Assembly: GCF_964355755.1 (NCBI RefSeq)
Contig: NC_092672.1
Span: 34,354,437-34,418,436, forward strand
DNA: 64,000 nt
Source: Antedon mediterranea
Lineage: Eukaryota > Animalia > Echinodermata
Reading direction: 5' to 3'
A model generated the notes under the pieces. That model made no database searches. It saw only the letters and a program-made list of their open reading frames with translations, and was not told the origin of the DNA. The position numbers and the translations under genes were made by a program. Shown here in pieces: positions 36,701 through 51,700 of this stretch (within the stretch, counting starts at the first letter, position 1; the number at the start of each line of letters is the position of its first letter).

Positions 36701-39700
36701 ATATTGGTTATTTCTGACAAATATAACCAGGGAAGAGTTAACTCTTCCCTGATATAACTAAGCTTGCTTCCGATGGTTTGGCTATTCCAGTAATACGTGC
36801 TTTAAGGTGTGTTAATAAGTTAACAACAACAACGACTTTTGTACCACATCACACAACAATAATAACTTTGTTTTTCCTTCTTCTTTGATTTTGACTTATA
36901 ATTGAGTATGGTAGTAGTTGATTTTTTTTATTCTCCTGAGTTTGACTTATAATTGAATATTGTAGTTGACTTTGTTTCTTCTTTGGCTTTTGATTATAAT
37001 TGAGAATGGTAATAGTTGATTTTTTTCTTTTCCTGAGTTTGACTTATAATTGAGTATGGTAGTTGATTTTATTTCTTCTTTGGCTTATAATTTAGTAGGG
37101 TAGTAGTTGATTTTTTTTATTCTCCTGAGTTTGACTTATAATTGAATATTGTAGTTGACTTTGTTTCTTCTTTGGCTTTTGATTATAATTGAGAATGGTA
37201 GTAGTTGATTTTTTTCTTCTGAGTTTGACTTATAATTGAGTATGGTAGTTGATTTTATTTCTTCTTTGGCTTATAATTTAGTAGGGTAGTAGTTGATTTT
37301 TTTTATTCTCCTGAGTTTGACTTATAATTGAATATTGTAGTTGACTTTGTTTCTTCTTTGGCTTTTGATTATAATTGAGAATGGTAGTAGTTGATTTTTT
37401 TCTTCTGAGTTTTGATTATAATTTAGTAGGGTAGTAGTTGATTTTTTTTCTTCTGAGTTTGACTCATAATTCTTTGCATATTGGAGTGTGTGACTCAAGA
37501 ACTTCCGCTGGGTTTCGCCCCTTGTTTAAAAGATCCTATATGTTAGAACTTTTCATATTTGTTATTCTACACATGTAAATGTAATAAATATTTTTTGTCC
37601 AATTTTAAATGTAGGATGCGGCAGAAAATGAACAAGATAAAGAGACTGCAAATGAGGTTTGTAACGATGTTGAGGTTTGTGTTATTATTAATGTTTAATA
37701 ATTAAAAATCTTGAAGTTGTCAAAATAGAGTAGGTTAATTAGTAGAACACTGAGTCAACTAGAACGCAAGTTTGGTTTTTACTTATCATTTGGTGCAATG
37801 GCATTCTTAAAACAAAAATCTGTATTCTCCTCTAGATACTTAAGTATGCTGCATCATCGTATAATCTTGATATCTTGGTGTTGGGTATTTCGTTAATTAT
37901 TCTTCCCTTATATTCTGTCATATAAGACATAAAAATTTGGTTGAACCACATGTACAGTCATTTTTATTAAATTTACATACAGGTGGCTGCTAAAAGGGAA
38001 AGACCCTTTAAGAAGCCACTACTTAAAGATATATTGTCCCTCTGAAAAATATTTGTTGTTGTTGAATATGCCATTTTAATGTCACATAATAGTTAATCAC
38101 TTTGAACAAACATTTGGTTGAAAAAAAAAATAATTACTTTAGAAAACAGTATTTCAAAGCAAAAAATAATTTAACTGTTTATCTTTTTATTTTATAAGTA
38201 AAATAATTTTCTGCAAAATGGCCTATTCAATGTCTGATTTTATAAATCTTTATTTTTCATGATTTTAGAGGACAATATATCTTTAAAGATTGAACTTTTC
38301 TTCACATCTGTACCTAATTTCTTTAATTTCTGGTTCTGGTACATTAATATTTCTTACTAAGTCTTCAACCTCTCCCTAACTATAGCTTACTAACCAGCAA
38401 AGCGTAGAAAGCTTAGCAAGCAATCGGGACGTCACGACAGAAAGCGCAAACCCTAACAATGTGAAACTGGAACAAACCTACGAAGCCGTATATGAAGATA
38501 TTAATGAAACCATAGAAATTATCCGCAAAAAGGATAATGAGGAGGGGACACCTGATATAGAAGATGGTCAGGTGTCTACTGACCCTGAACATACCACCCC
38601 ATCCCAACAACTTCCAAACAGGCTGGTGAGTTTTTGTTAAGATCATAAATGGTACAGTATTTACTTGTAATGCTTGGTTAAAATTCATACATATTGCACT
38701 TGCCTTGTAAGTACATGCTTAAAGATGCACATATAATTTTACAAAGGGAATTATTTGCACACACCATATAAAATCCTTTTATTTGCTTTTCTGAATTTTT
38801 TCCATTTAGTACAATTTTATTGTAATACTTATTTTGGCATTGGTAATCAAAGATCCATGGGAGCCAAACCTCTAATAAATGTTTTGAAATGTAACATAAA
38901 GTTTGGTGTATATCAAGTAAAATTTTGCCTAAAGCTCTGTCTACACAATCAAACTAGTTTAACAAAATAAACATGATGTGCCCACATATGGCAGTGATAT
39001 TCCCAAATATGGTATTGATATGACATCATCATGTCTATATATGGGCACATCACATTTTTTGTCACATAAAGTTTGATAGTGTAGACAGAGCTTTAGTCAT
39101 CATTTTTTTCTAAAAACGTATCAGTTGTCTCAAGATTTCTACATTCTGGATTATCCACGTATTAGTGTTGTTTGTTATCGCAGTAATACCTGTAAATACA
39201 ACTGTTAACCTCTATACACACTTAAAACACCCACTTCAAAATACTTGTTTTTAAAAGAAAAAATTGATACATGTTCCCCACTATTAGAATTGTAAAATGA
39301 CACCTTTACAATAGGAGCACACACTATACATTTGAAAAGTGACATGACCTCTTCATTTTGAATCATAATAGCTGCTTTAGTCTGTTTATTCTGCACCTTT
39401 TAAGCATTTCTAAAAGTGTTATTTTTAAAAGCAAGACTTGTGTTGAAATGTACTCATATTTCTTCAGCAGAATATAGAAATAATCAAAAATTACAATGCA
39501 AAAAAAACAATGATGTATTTTTTCGGCATAACAATATTCTTGGTATATAGTACCATACTGTATCTGTTTTCTTTATGGTGGATGGTTCCAAATTAACATT
39601 CTTGGTAATCTTACTGTATGGGGCTAAAGCGTGGTTCCCACTAGAATGCGACGTATTGACGCAAAGTACTGTATTGCGTAATCACAAGTGGGAACTGACG

Positions 39701-42700
39701 ACGCAACATTGCTGCAAACATCGCAGGTTTGATTTCACGCAGGCAGGGGCAAACACAATTATTAGAAGGGCATTTGCTTACATTGCGTTGCTATTGGGAA
39801 CCAAGCTTTAAAAGGTTACCAAATAAGATCTTGCTTAAATGGTCTATGCTTAAATAAACTTATGGGGCTTAAAAGGTTTTCATTTTCAAGCACAAACTTT
39901 AGATTGTCATTTGCACAGCTTTTGATCCCTTTAGAAAAGAAATCGATTTGCAGTTAGAAAACGGCAAAAAGAGGAGGAGAGGAAAAAACAAGTAAGTCTA
40001 GAGGGATAAATAATGAAGACAATTGTAACTTAGAATTTAGTTTATATTTTAGAACATAGAGATATATTTCTATGGTTAGAAATAATAACTAATGATAGAA
40101 GGAGCTGAAAGAGATTTGTATTAGTTTTAAGCTCTGTCTACATTATCAAACTTTATGTGACAACACAATGTGGTGTGCTCATATATGGACATGATAATTT
40201 CATATCACTACCATATTTAAGCACATCACACTTTTTTTGTCAAACTAGTTTGATAGTGTAGACAGAGCTTTAGTCAATTAATATAATAGGGTAATTAGTA
40301 TAAAAAGCATACAGTAGAACATTCCCATAGGATATCTGGATTCAGGGGGAATTCCTGGGGATATCCCTATCTGCGAGACTTATCTATTCTGTTGACATCC
40401 TTATTTGGGAAACTTTTCCGGAGACATTGGGAGACTAATTTATTTAAGTGTACACCTCTACTATTTTGAGGATGCCTTATTTTGATGACTCATCTATTCA
40501 GTGGTCTCTTCTACATCCCTATTTAGGAGATTCACCTATTTGGGAGACTATCACATAGGTAATCAAGGGAACATAACATTTTGAACTGCCAACCTGTTTA
40601 AATTGTAATCCCATAGAGATATTATTTTAAAGGTGTAGACTTAAAGATTAGTCTCTCAATGTCTGCGAAAAAGGTTAATCCCTAAGATATGGTTCTACTG
40701 TTGTAGCTTACTGTATTGTATTGTAGTACAATAATGTATGTATGTATATGTATTTAGCTATGAGAAAGAATAATTAATTAAAGATAGCATTTATTTAAAA
40801 ATAATATTTCTGGTTATTAGTATTTGTAGTATTGTATCAGTTGAATATCATTAATACACTAAATTTATGTTTTTTTAGAACAGATAATATGAATTATACT
40901 ACAAGTAGTTAAATATTGTTTTGTTTTTAGTAATTCTAAAGCTCTACACTATCAAATGATGTGCCCAATTATGGTAGTGATATGCTTAAATATGGTAGTG
41001 ATATGACATCATCATGTCCATATATGGGCACATCACATTGTTTTAACGTAAAGTTTGATAGTGTAGACAGAGCTTAACACTTTCATCTTTTGTTTTGCTT
41101 GTATGCACTTTCTACTGAAACATCTCATTTCTTAGAATTCATTTCTTGTCTGTTTTGCTTTGCATGTACTTTTATTTGTTTGCTGTGAACTCTTTTTAGA
41201 TTATTTCTGAATCACTTAATACTGTTGTTGAATTTGGCATTATAACTAAGGTTAGTAATAGTATTACTGTGGGGTTTTTGTAACAGTAAAATTCCTTTAT
41301 GTACAGTACACTAAAAATTATGATAAAAATTGTGATTATGATTTTAATTAAATGATAACGTTCTATCATTTAATGGTTAAAATTACTCCTCCCCATCCCA
41401 GCAAACCTCTTTTTTAAATACCTTAACTACTGCATAAAGGGTCTTTCACACCTGTTCCGGCACTGTTCCGCTCCGGTGCCCGGTAAATCAAAATGAACGT
41501 CAATGTTTGTTTTCGCGCAGCTACGTGCATATCGATTGGCGCATAGCCAAATGGAGAGCTGTGAAAATGTATGTACTTTTTATTGTAATGTTTTTAGGAT
41601 GAATTTGTTGAATTCTACAATCAAGTTGTGCGAACATTACTTCACCCTCTTGGCAAGTTCAACTGCTCAGAGATCAGTCCCTTGGAACTTATTTCTCATC
41701 TTCAGAAGGTACCTTTTTTATTTATATAATAATATAATAAATATAATATTATATTAATAATATAAAAGTGCTATTTACTAATGTCTCACAGCGCTAAAAG
41801 ACCAACAAGAATTATTAAAAAAGGTGAGATTTTAGAAGTGACTTGAATGGCTTAAGAGATTTACATTGACAGATATGGAGTGGAAGCTGGTTCCAAACTA
41901 GTGGCACTTGTGCAAACAAATTGTTTGGAGTAAGATTTACAATGTGTTATATAAATGTCTATCTATTGAACTGCTTATTAACAATCTCTATGTTATAAAT
42001 AATTCTTCTTAGATTCTTGATGTGGACCAGGCACTTCATAGTAGTTTGATTAAAGACCAAGTCAATAAATTGGCAAGTATATTTCAATATTATAGCAGAA
42101 CGAAAGAACTAAAATGGTCAAACATAATAAGGAAGAGAAAATACAAATGGACCGGACATATGCTAAGGCTTCCGATGGACACTCCAGCCAAATTGGCGTT
42201 GACAGAATCCATTTGAAAAGTTAAAAGACCAGTTGGGAGACCAAAAACTACCTGGATAGGAAACATAAATAAAGAACTCAAAAAAGCAAATAATAATAAT
42301 GACAGACCATCAGACCACCGAAAGAGAGTGATGGAAACAATTAGCATATGCAATGTCTACCCAAGACGAATAGCGTAACGGATGATGATGATGATGATGA
42401 TGATGATAATATGAGTAGCTCTCTAATAAAGACCCCTTCGAAATAGTCACTTGAATCCATCTAATTATAGCCAACCAACCCGGAGTAAAAATGTGATTCT
42501 TTTTAAAGACCAAAACATGATTTGATGGATTCCTGTAAAGTTTGTATTCATGGAAAAAGTAGGATTTTAGTTTACCTGAGAAATACTATATGTTTTCAAT
42601 GTATTTACAGTAATATAAAGTACACGTTATGTCAGAGTAGGCCAAATATTTGACCAATTATGAATTTTGTTTAGTTATGTTATAGATTTAATTGTATACC

Positions 42701-45700
42701 TCATTTCAATGATTTATCATTTGTTTTTATTTCTGTTACAGCCAGAAAAAGTAGTTCTCAAGTTGCGAGTAGTTGAAGCCAAAGATCTTAAGCCTATGGA
42801 TTCCAATGGTATATATATGTTTGAATGTATTAAGCTCTGTCTACACTATCAAACTGTGCCCATATTATGGACATGATGATGTCATATCACTACTATATTT
42901 GGGCATATTACTACCATATTTTGGCACATCACACTTATTTGGTCAAATTAGTTTGATAGTGTAGACAGAGATTAAAAGGGTGTGCAGTTGTTTGGTAGCA
43001 GAATGTTTTGAGTCTACAAAGTATGTAATATGGCGAATATTATTATAACTAAATTTTTCATATTTTTGTTTTCTGTTTAGGCCTGAGTGATCCGTACTTT
43101 ATCATCTCGCTTGGTAGTAAGTCAGCTTCTAAGAGTGGTACATTGGAACGAAAGCTAAACACCAGTTCATCAACACCACATTTAGAGAGGAAAGCATTTA
43201 ACAGTCTTGAAACCGAAACCTCTTCTCTTGACCAATCAAAAGAAGGCAGTGTCGATGATGGCTCAACCGACAAAAAGGAAAAAAAGAAAAACAAAACAAT
43301 GGATCGCATCAAAAGTTTAGGTAAAGCTGATTTTCGGGCAGCTGTATCTTCCCAGAATGATGAGGACAAAGTTGAAGATGTTGGATCTGATGGAAGCGAA
43401 TCAAAGAAAGATGAAAATACTAACGATACTGGAGAGACACGTAAAAACAAGAAACCGAAAAAAATAGGGCGTACTAAAAGTTCCAGTAAAACAGATAAAA
43501 TTACAACACTAGCTGATGCTAACGGCGATGCGGAAAATTCCGATGATAATTCCGAAATTAAGAAAAACAAGAAACAGAAGAAACTTATGCGCAATAAAAG
43601 TAGTGGCAAAGGTGACAATGTGGGCAAGCCCACGTCGATAGAGGGAGACACAGAGGATCAGCAAATTTACAGGACAACAGTTGCGAAGGAAACACTGCAT
43701 CCTATTTGGAATGAAGTATTCCAAATGTAAGTTATATTCAATTCAATTTTATTTTTACAATACACAATAACATACAGGATAATAAATACAATGAAGTAAT
43801 CATGTGGGGTGAGGGTCATATAAATCAGAAAGACTTGAAGTTTGACCCACCCCAAGATAACATTAAATACGAATACGAAATAAAAAATAATAATAAATAA
43901 AGCAGAATTCCTATTAAGACGCATTTTAGAGACCTATCAAAGAGCCCCTCTGAATAGGGTTGTCCCCTGAATTAGCCACAATTGTGTAAAACATGTTGCA
44001 GAAAAGTCTCCCTTTAATAGAAGTGTCCCTTTAATAGAAGTGTCCCTTTAATAGAAGTGTTCCCTTAATAGAAGTGTCCCTTTAATAGAAGTGTTCCCTT
44101 AATAGAAGTGTCCCATCTGAATTAGGAGTGTTGTACTGTATAGTTAGAATCTTCACCTTTTAAAAAAATTTAATTTAATTTAATTTTAATTTACAAAGTA
44201 AAAAAGAGTGTACAGTAAAAGAGTCAGTAGGCCTACAGTATTCTACATTTTGGATGATATTTTAATTATACATTTTTGTCATTTAGTGAAGTGACAAATG
44301 CTGAAGATCAACAGCTCCAAATGTTCCTATGGGATTGGGATGAGGAGGGTTCCTTGTGGAATGTCACCAAATCACTCGACCGCAAACATAAATTGGCCGG
44401 AGTACAAACGTAAGTTCTCTCACCTCCTTTAAAACCTTGATAGCTAGATGAACATGAGAGCTACAGCTTTATCATCATGAAATATAAACATAAAGTCATC
44501 ACTGTAAAGTTTTAAAAAATTATAAAGCTAGAGGTACACAAGAGCTACAGCTGACATGGCAAGCAGGTTGTGTTAATTCCTGGCACACATGACATAGCAT
44601 ACCAGGTTAAAGCGCTGTCTACACTATTAAACTAATTTGAAAAAAGAGTTGATGTGCCTAAATATGGTAGTGATGTGCCTAAATATGGTAGCGATATGAC
44701 ATCATCAAGTCCATATATAGGCACATCACATTTTTTTTGTCGCATAAAGTTAGATAGTGTAGACAGAGCTAAACGGTCAAACATTGACAGTATTTTCAAC
44801 AATTTTGGTGCATTTCTACTTTTTCTGAAGTTCCATATTTTATAAAGTAAAGTATTTTTTAAAGTAATTATGACGGTTTTGAAAACTTGTTTTTGTTGTT
44901 AATTAGAATAATTATATACATTGTCATCCTCGTTACAGAATCACTACACTGCTTCTAGGATGACACATATCATCACAAACTTCAGACACAATATAATGTC
45001 ATCATTCATTAATGCAACCCACGCTTAATACAACTATATTGTATTCGGATTCCTTCCTCTCAGAGGCCACTGTTTCTCATTAAACCCCGTATTAAAACCT
45101 TTATATTGCAATGATTACAGAATTTTTCGCCACATGAAACAAACCATGGAGCACGGAAAGAGCATGGACGATTTTATGGGACAGCTTTCTGTTTCGCTGA
45201 GCGACATCTCCGCATCATCACGAATCGATGAGTGGTATAAGATAAAAAAACACAGTAAAGGCTGTGGACAGTGTCATCTACAACTGCAGTTTATAATGAA
45301 GTCGGTATGTATGCATTTTGGGTGTTTTCTAAGCCCAGTCTTTGTCATTTAGTTGATGTTAAGGTAAACATAACTAGTTTAATTAGTCTGCAAAGAAAAT
45401 GTGCAATATTAAATGATAATAATTAAATATATATTGTCCCCCTGAAAAAATAATTTTTACAATTTTTTGTGTTGAATATGCCATTTTGATGTCACATAAT
45501 AGACTTTGACCAAAAATTGGATTGGAAAAAAAAATTATTACTGACAAAAAATGGTATTTAAAGCAAAAAAAATAGTCATGGTTTTTTGGTTGAATTTAAC
45601 TGTTTATTTTGTCTTTTTTGAAAGTGAAAACATTTTTTTACATTTGTTTTCTACAGAAGTGATTACCTTTATAAAAAATACAAAATGGCCTATTCAAAGT

Positions 45701-48700
45701 CTTTTTTTATTAATCATTTTTCATGTTTTTGGGGACAAGATATCTTTAATAGTAATAAACTTGATTTCAGTATATAAAAATATATACAAAAACAAAAATA
45801 AATCAAATTTTATATCAAGGCATCATTAAAATAATCATTCATAATCCTTCAAATCTTTAAAAATTAAATATTAAATAACAGTTGTTCGAAAAACAAATTA
45901 TTCGTCATTCAAAAAGGTTTCTTTTATTTGGTAATTGTTTCAACACAACACAACTACATTGAATTCATTAATTATTCAAAAAATTCAATCAATTTCACAA
46001 AATTCTATGTGATCCTTTTTTTTTAGGAGGATGAAGACAACACAGTCAGCCATGTTGTTATGTATTACAAACTATCTAAGGCTATTCACAAGTATGAAGG
46101 AAAACTTGCACTGAAGGTACAAAATATGTATACTAGACAGTGACGTAATGCAGATGCCTAAGGCCCCTGGTTTAGGTACCCAAAGTGGCCCTCTAATGCT
46201 AGAAGCCTTGGGTGTTTTTAGCCCTTTTTGACATATTGTGATGCATTTTTTCCCACCTGGCGTTGCGGCTCAGGTGCCCGTTATAAGCTCCGGGGCCCCT
46301 GGGTTTAGCCAGTAAGCACTCATAGCTGTTATTACCCCACTAATGCTAGAAATCATTTATTAAGTGTTGATCAGAGAAGATATTTCTATTTAGCTAAATA
46401 TTTGTTTAAAAAATCTCATCTTAACTATGATATATGATATTTGTGTAAAATATCTCATATAGAAATGAATATATTATTTGTTTATTATTTCAGAATGGTA
46501 GTTGGGATGGTGTTATGAGTGAAAAAAGTAAACTCATTTTGGCGTTGTATGCCGTTCAACGTGGTCTTACCCAATTGGCAGCTCTAAACATGTAAATATA
46601 TCATTTTTTTTATTTTTTTTATTATTACCTTTACTGTTGGTGTATAAAATGTTGCAATATCACTACCATATATCATTTGGTATAATCCTACCCTCCTAGA
46701 ACACAAAATTAGGCCGACTTTGGGGACTACTGTATACCCGAGGATATGCCTGTTTGTGGCAATTAGATAAAAAGTTGGGAGTGGGATTAGACCTGAAGTG
46801 ATATTATACCCGAAGATTTACGTTATATAATAACTGATTTCTGTTTTAATAACTCCAGAGATCTTGCGGCACTTCTTGATTTCTACTTGGAAGCAAACAC
46901 TAATTCTAAAGACTCACCAGAAGAAGATCAAGCAACCAGATCCAGCATAGTGGATGAGCATGCCATCCTTGAAGCCACGCTGTCCATACATGCCGAGAAG
47001 CTAGCTATGTCAAGTCTTGCCATATATGGTCAGGCATTGAAAAGTAGCGATGATGACATGGCATTTCATCGTGGTATTCAGGCTCCTGATGTAAGAATTA
47101 AAATCATCGTTCTCCTTATTTGATTAAAAATGTTCATCTTGTTTTTAGATATTTTTACAGGGGTTCTCCAGAATCATGTGGAAAGATCACATCATGATTA
47201 TAGATCAATTTATTAAGAAGAACAACAAAGGGAGAACACAATTAATTTCTACAGTAAATCTGCACAAAAAATTAAATATATAGATAAAAAAAAAATATAT
47301 TAGATAAAATCCACATTTAGTCACCTACTGTACCACACCCCCTGGCTATGCTACTCACACCACCAACAACGTATTATATATCAAAAATATAAAAAATTTG
47401 TCATGTATATTATAAGGAAGCCTAGTTAAACTAAAGGAGTGATAAATGTATATTATATGAGTTAATATTTTTCCCCTGCGCCCATCGGACCTCTCATCTT
47501 TTCTTTAATATCTTTTTTGTTTGTTTTGCAGCCTTCTCATATTTTAGAAAGCGCAGCGTGTTCCTACATCATAGAATGTCTCAAGAAACTTGACCAATGT
47601 CCTGCTGTCTTCCCTCCAACTCATGTAGAAATCCTAGACCAACTTAAAGTCATGTGCAGGTAAAGACCACATACCTTTTTATTTAAAAAATAATATTAAT
47701 TACTGTATGTTTGTTGTTGTGCACGCCAAAACTGAAGTTTTTATTTTCATGGGTACTGGCCTAATAAAAAAGGTCTATTATTCCCTAAAAATGCGCGTCC
47801 CCTGTTGATCCTGTAATGGTCTATTTGTCTATACAGGCTTTTTTATTTATTTATTATCTTAATGTAATTAATTTTTAGTGGGCCTCGAATAACAAGCCCC
47901 TTTGGGATTCATGGAGGTCCCTTTCATCTTCTTCAAATTTGTTTTCTTCCTCCTTTTTGTTATATGTATTGTTTTTTTGTTGTTGATAAGATGAATAAAG
48001 AGATTGATAGGTTTTGGCCAATTGACACATATTTCTCTCAATGTATGGCAGTACTTATAAGCCTGGGTGGAGATAGATATACATAGGGTTTCTTGCCCAG
48101 TTGACACCCTTTAACAAAACCTTTTCCACAGGTTAGACAGTATCCAGTCCATACTGAAAATTAAGTTTGAGTCGGTCGGTGCTGGTATTCTTAAACAGAT
48201 TCAAAATCGGATTGTGTCAGTAATGAAGGAACACACCAGACAATGGCTGCAAGGGGTTCTAGAACCAGTTACACTTCCAGAAGGAGACGTTGTAAGTTAC
48301 TTCTCATATATACCTACTGTACATTACATTTTAGGAGTGAGTGGCCGAGTGGTTAAGACAGTGGAACCGTAAAGCCATAGTCATAACATCGGCAAAAGTT
48401 GAAGACTCACTCGCTCCATAGTTCCATAGTTACTTCTCATTTATACCTACTGAACATTACATTTTAGGAGTGAGCGGTTAAGAGAGTGATACCGTAATTA
48501 TGTAGCCATATCATCAGCATGAGACTCACTGCTGGTGGTAGAATGAGTCTTCTCAGATAAGGACTATAAACCATAGCTTCAGTATACACATCTAGCTACC
48601 TAGTACATATTTAGAGACGAGTAGGGGGTTACCCCGGTGTACTAGTACACACATTAAATGGCAGCAGATAAGACTATATTATTAGGACTAATAATAATAT

Positions 48701-51700
48701 CACTTTTTCAGATAATTTTTTTTTTTGCAAAATGCGCCCTCACATCAATCTTAATTCCCCAATCCGACCATTTTGTCCTGAATCCTAACCATTTGTCTGT
48801 GATTCCTGTATGGATTTTCAGCCAATTATATCATTTGTAATTTCGTTAACAATACAATTACTACAAATATGTATTTTATTTGTTTTGTTTGTAGCAATCG
48901 GAAGAGTTATGTGACACAATCCAAAAACTGAATGAAGTGATAAAACAAGTGACTGTAATCTGCAAGACAAACGATGGATTCAAGAAATTCTTCAATATGT
49001 AAGTGAATAAATGTTTACGTTTTTCCTGTTTAAAGATATATTCTCCCCCTAAAAAATTGGGGTGTTTTTTTAAAATTTTTTGTTGAATATGCCATTTTAA
49101 TGTTGCATATAACAGTTTGACCAAAACACTTTGACCAAAAACTGGATTGAAAAAAAACATGGCCATATATACATGGCTGCAGTGCTCAAGTGAGTGTTTA
49201 CCAATCGACCGCCATGACTAAAATTATTTATCTGAAAAATGGTTTTTTGGTTAAAATTAACTGTTTCTTCTGTCTTTTTATAAGTGGAATTTTTTTTTGG
49301 CAGAAGTGAATAACTTTATTAAAACTGCAAAATGGCCTAGTTAGAGTCTTATTTTATTAATCTTTATTTGTTATGTTTTTGTGGTACAATACATTTTTAA
49401 AATCACTTTTTTTAGGTTTCAAGTTGATTACTTTGTTGTTGTAAGCGAAGAAGTTGATCAGAGTTTATCCAAAGTGCTTCAGAATGTTCTTAGCAAGACT
49501 GACAGCTTCCTTCTGCGACATAAACAAATACCGGAGAAGGTTAACGATGCAAGCATTGCTACGCTGCAACTCTACATGACGGTTAAGTTGGTTCGGTTTC
49601 TACTTAAGCAGAACGTACCCAACAGGTGAGCTATTAATACACTAAATCTCTGTCTACACTATCAAACTTTATGTGACAAAAAATGTGATGTGCCCAAATA
49701 TGGACATGATGTTGTCATATCACTACTATATTTGGGCACATCACTACCATATTTGAGCACAACACTTTTTTTTTTCAAATTACTTTAGTAGATGAGCTTT
49801 AGAGAGTTTTGAATTTGGATTCAGTACAGAGGAAAAAAAAAAGTTATTAATTATAAACGTTTGATAGACTTTGTCTTTACGGCCCAATAACCCAATCTAC
49901 CAAACAAACGTATTCTGTAAAAAACTCCATTCTATTAAAACAACCCTCCCCCCCCCCCCCGCCCCCCCAGAAAAAATTTTCTGCCAATCAAACATATTCA
50001 GTCAAAATCCAATTCTATTAAAAAAAGCAAAAATCAACCCATTCTGCCAAACAAAACCTATTCTGTCAAATATCCCATTCTGTTAAAAAAACAAAAAAAA
50101 ACCTATTCTGCCAAACAAACCTATTCTGTCAAAAATCTCATTCTATTAAAAAAAAAATTCTGCCAAGCAAACCTATTCTGTCAAAAATCCCATTCTATTA
50201 AAAAAGGATTCTGCCAAAAATCCCATTCTATTAAAAGGTTATTTTTCTTCTAAATTATAATTGAAAAAAGTAAGCTATAATATGTTTTTATCAATTTTTT
50301 AGTGACAGACTTGATATTATCAACTTTCATGATTGGTTCCAAAACTCGTTAATCTTTTGGATGATGACATTTCGCAATGAGACTTTTAGTCGTGTTTTGA
50401 AAGCGTTGGAAATGGACAAAGACGTGAAGCTGGTACACGCTGTCGTTAAGTACTCAAACTCGGCTGTTGACGTTCAGTCTTGTTTCGCTAAAGTAAACTT
50501 TTTAATAGTTTTTATCTTTAAAGACCGTAAAACCTTGAAAAAAAACCATAGGCTTCTTTTTTTAGGAGTCTTGGGTGGGCTTCTTTTTGAAATAGGCTTC
50601 TTTTAAAGACTATTTTTGCGAGGGAAACTTTCCTGCATTTGCAAACTAGAGAGGGGCTTTTTTTCGAAATGAATGCTGCAGATTTCTAAAGGTTACTGTT
50701 ACTAAATAACATGAGCCCAGGTGACTTCATTTCAAGGTTTTACAGTGGTTTATTCAGAAAACTAATTAAGATTTAGAATGATATTATTTCATTTATTGTT
50801 TTATTTAAGGTTACTGAGGAATGGCAGAATATAAACTTTGGATGCATTGACAGTCGATTGATGGCCATAACAAAGATTACGATGGTAAGTAAAGTTTTGA
50901 CAATTACTGGATCGCCATAAATCCAATATTAAATTTGATTTACATAAAAATATATAGATATATAGAAATAGATATCAAATTCAATGCATGACAAAATTAC
51001 AAAAGAGCTGGAGGCACCTGACTATGGTCAAACTGAGAGGTACTAAATGCAACTGAAAATCAAGTAAATCAGGTAAATGTCCCTTAGCTCAGTGACCTAT
51101 GCTGACAACGTCACTGATTCCTTTGCTCAGTGACATTATGTGCAGACAACATCACTGATTAACATACCTTTGCTTAGTGACATCATGTGCTGACGTCACT
51201 TATTAACATACCTTTGCTCAGTGACATTATGTGCAGACGTTACTTATTAACATATCTTTGCTCAGTGACCTTATGACCCTGTATTAATCAACCGTTTTCC
51301 TATCACAGCTTGTATGCGATGGTGCTAAGTTATATGCAGATAAGCTGTACATCATTCTAGCAGAGAATGGCTTCTATGAAGGAGGAGGGAAAGTGGGAAA
51401 CTTTGACATCAAAGATAAGGTAGGAGCTGGATCTAAACAAAAGGGAGCTTTTCGAAATAATGACGCAGGTTAGGAGAGACACGCAAGTCAGAAAAAGCCC
51501 AGTGTTTTATTTCTGTGTGCAGAGAAATAATAAAAACAAACAAATGGTCCACAAAAGTTTTCTTGTATCCGCATCCGTAAATTGTATGCTTGGTTGTGCG
51601 TCAGACACTGCCGTGCCGTCTCCCTAATTACACAAGCTAGTATTGTCATAAATTTGACAAGTTGATTACAAATGACATATTGTATCTTGTAATTTAAGTG

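Noticed and set aside
40879-40903. Additional BAIAP3-like micro-exon
   Set aside because: In-frame stop right after the first AG and a weak donor; the flanking exons join in phase without it.
42310-42513. Poly-His protein ORF
   Set aside because: Antisense reading of the (GAT)n LINE tail.
43058-43651. 197-aa minus-strand ORF (similarly 55000-55590, 33637-34107, 25472-25855, 51759-52076)
   Set aside because: Antisense shadows of real + strand coding sequence with no recognisable motifs.
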